This document shows, piece after piece, positions 61,243-64,000 of a stretch of DNA of 64,000 nucleotides (position 1 is its first letter; every line of letters starts with the position of its first letter). Origin of the DNA: Octopus bimaculoides (Eukaryota); the NCBI RefSeq assembly GCF_001194135.2, contig NC_068993.1, positions 63,617,735-63,681,734 on the forward strand, read 5' to 3'. The notes beneath the pieces are model-generated. The model had not been told where the DNA came from. It did no database searches and saw only the letters and a list, made by a program, of their open reading frames with translations. A program made the translations under genes and the position numbers.

Positions 61243-63583
61243 CTGATGAGACAAGGACGAACTCTTCAAATGTTTTCTCGCTTTGAATTCAGATCCGAAT
61301 CTGACAGTAATTAAACCAAATCGTTTGTGTTGTGTAACGAAATTGTTTTTTTTTCTTTCCCCACGGACTCCAGACTCCTTTGTGCCTATCCTTGGGTTAG
61401 CGTTTCAAAAAACGCCAAAGCTACAGTAAATCTTTTATTCACCAACGTCACTTGGTTCCTCTGAGAACATGCTTCTTTCAATTTTTTTTTTTTTTTTTTT
61501 GAGGATTGATTTTTGTTCGTAATTTCTGCGGCTCAAGTCTTTCTGTGATTCTGAGCTGTGTTAGGGAAAGGTTCTGTTTGTTTTAATCCATAAAAGGATG
61601 AAAATAAAGATTTTAATTGGGAACCCGAATAGAATTGGTAAATTCTTCGTTGGTCTCCACAATGACCCGTTGTTTGATCAGCTAAATTCTTACTCAAACC
61701 CAGAAAATGACGAGTGCTTCAGCAAAGCTGAAATGAAAATTTCGTTTCAATTTAGTTGGAGGAAGGCTTATTATTTCCAGGGTTCTCCTCAGTTTTGTAG
61801 ATCGATGCTTTTCATGTTTGCTTTGAATGAGTGAAAAGACAATACAACAAGGATAAAATCCTAGAGATTTGCAGTTCTGATTTTAAACTAGGCAGAGGGC
61901 AGCTTTGTTTTTCATCATTCCAGGGTCCATTTAATCGTTTGTAACCCTGTATCACTGTTATAAATCAACACCGGAAGTGGAAAGAAACTTAATAGCTGAG
62001 AACTAATCAGTGATGATGACCACCTCTTCAGAATTCATTCAAAACTGAAAAGGACTCAATCACGAATTCAGCGCACACACACACACACAAATGCGTAAAC
62101 ATACTTTTACCTAGAAACGCATAGCGACGTAGCTTTCATAGGGTTCTCGGCCTGCCAGAAATACTAACAAGATCTCTATGAATTCGCACCCTATTATTTG
62201 ATTAAAGAAAGGCATTTAGGCATAATGGGGTGTCGAGGGAAAAGACGGGATGGTCATGATTGTATTGCCTTTGGTCTGGACTCGTTAGCGATGACCTCAG
62301 TCAACACACACACACTGAGTAATAATTCTAATTATACAAAGCTGTACTGCTCTAGATATGGAGGAAACAGATGTCAGTAGGTGGGGGGCGGGGTTTATCA
62401 GTTTAGAAAAGTAGAAAAACGTTTCTGCCATCAGAATGGGCAGCGACGGCACTGACCAAATATATAAAAGAAGGCAAAAAAAAAAAGGAAAAGAAGAAAA
62501 AACACGTAGACGACAAACCTCACATTTATTGTCTTTTCTTTTTTTTTATAGATTTTTAATCAATCAAATTGTCGCTGGTTCTCTTGATAAATAGGCATTC
62601 TCATTGGTATTCAGCATTGAAAACCATATATCTACAAACATAGATGTGTGTGTAAGTGGTTAAGGTGTTGCATTCATGATTGTAAGCTTCTGGTTTCGAT
62701 TCCTAGACAGACCGGTGTATCGTGCTTTTGAGCAAAGCATTTCATTTCATTTTGCCCCACTGAACTCAGCTGACAAAAATGTGTAACCTTGTGACGAAAC
62801 GCTTCGGGTCGGACGGGGGAAATATATACGCCACAGAATCTGGCAAACCGAGATGTGGATTTGGTAGTCTTGGGGAAATTTTGAACCTGGTTTCTCATTC
62901 CTAAAGTATTTTTAGATGTTATCATCATCATCATCATCATCATTAGAGTTGTGAATGCAGAGTTTAAGATTTCGATCAAGAAGTTAGCAAAGAAATTGTC
63001 ATCGGTGATTTGGCTGGAGCTACGCAAATACCCTTAGCCTCGATCAGATCTATACACAACAATCGCCATCTCATGCAATACTTCCATAGAAAAGGAACGC
63101 AGGAAACTGGTCTTGTGGGACATTAATTAATTTAGATCAATTGAAAGCTTTTGATTGGGAGGCTTATTTCAATAAGGTGCCATTTTCTCAGGTGTCAGTA
63201 TAAACGGCTTCATACGACGCGCCCAGTCCATCAGATGGGGTCATCTTCCGTTTCTTTAGCATGCGCCGACTCTCGAAGTTAGGTCTGATGAGAGGCATTC
63301 CTTCCGAACCAGGACTGGAGAGAGTTGTGTTGGTATATGCGAGTGACGTTAGCATAATGGTGTCATATTCCACGAATCTCGGAAGAAAGAGGTTTTAAAA
63401 GCTCTCTGTTTCAACTAATTGACGTGGGAGACACGGTTATTTAATCTGAACGTTTGCAGCCAACTGACAAACATTAAAAATGTCAAGTTTGATGTTTGAA
63501 GAGGGAAGAGTAGAGGGAGATAACCTTGAGAAGTGGGGTAGTGAGAACACTGAAGCTCTTCTGCCTAGAAAATTTTGATTTTG

Positions 63584-64000
63584 CCGCCTTTTTTAGCGAT
63601 GGACGAAATACCGCTAATCATTTCGTCCAACGGGCTAACGTTTCTGCCGTCTTCCCGCCTTTTTTAGAAATGGACGAAATACCTATTTCTTTACTGCCCA
63701 CAAGGGGCTAAACATAGAGGGGACAAACAAGGACAGACAAAGGGATTACATCGACCCCAGTGCGTAACTGGTACTTAATTTATCGACCCCCGAAAGGATG
63801 AAAGGCAAAGTCGACCTCGGCGGAATTTGAACTCAGAACGTCACAGCAGACGAAATACCATTAAGCATTTCGCCCGGCGTGCTAACGTTTCTGCCAGCTC
63901 GCCCGACGGGCGAACGTTTCTGCCATCTTGAAGCCTTTTTTAGCGATGGAAGAAATACTGCTAATCATTTCGTCCGACAAGCTAACGTTTCCGCCATCTT
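63584..64000. repeat. About 71-bp tandem repeat related to the SINE-B head, interrupted by a SINE-B copy
   Basis: Unit ccgccttttttagcgatggacgaaataccgctaatcatttcgtccaacgggctaacgtttctgccgtcttc at 63584; partial copies at 63655 and 63904; full copy at about 63931. Confidence 0.85.
63684..63903 (-). mobile_element. SINE family B, young near full-length copy embedded in a satellite
   Basis: ggcgagctggcagaaacgttagcacgccgggcgaaatgc...gagttcaaattccgccgaggtcgac... with CpGs intact. Confidence 0.88.

Noticed and set aside
61243-61265. CTGATGAG...GGACGAAC hammerhead-like string
   Set aside because: Stem II does not pair and GAAA is incomplete.
63286-63320. CTGATGA-GAGG...CTTC-CGAAC hammerhead-like string
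   Set aside because: GAAC instead of GAAA, no UH triplet and no stem I.

Overview
AT-rich eukaryotic genomic DNA with 10 N-gaps and dense microsatellites, SINEs and LINE fragments. The repeat families look like Octopus/coleoid cephalopod; this is inferred from recognition and was not searched. The window is dominated by one complete + strand gene of the TUSC3/MAGT1 (OST3/OST6) oligosaccharyltransferase-subunit family. It has 11 coding exons from 7329 to 57460, a 1020-nt CDS and a 339-aa protein, assembled by hand because the ORF track misses nearly all of it. One intron (43313-54092) is a clear minor-spliceosome (U12, GT-AG) intron, and one exon that is single in vertebrates is split here by an extra intron. 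The most novel-looking item is a small element in the last intron (about 57000-57238, minus strand). It joins a tRNA-like Pol III head to a Penelope-type minimal hammerhead ribozyme fold, and a core base appears to have been lost by CpG decay. Other observations: a CpG-decay footprint in SINE copies that tracks the gene body, RTE LINE tails sitting in (TA)n arrays, a SINE-head-derived 71-bp satellite, an unidentified 200-codon convergent ORF, and splice signals suggesting a divergent upstream transcript.
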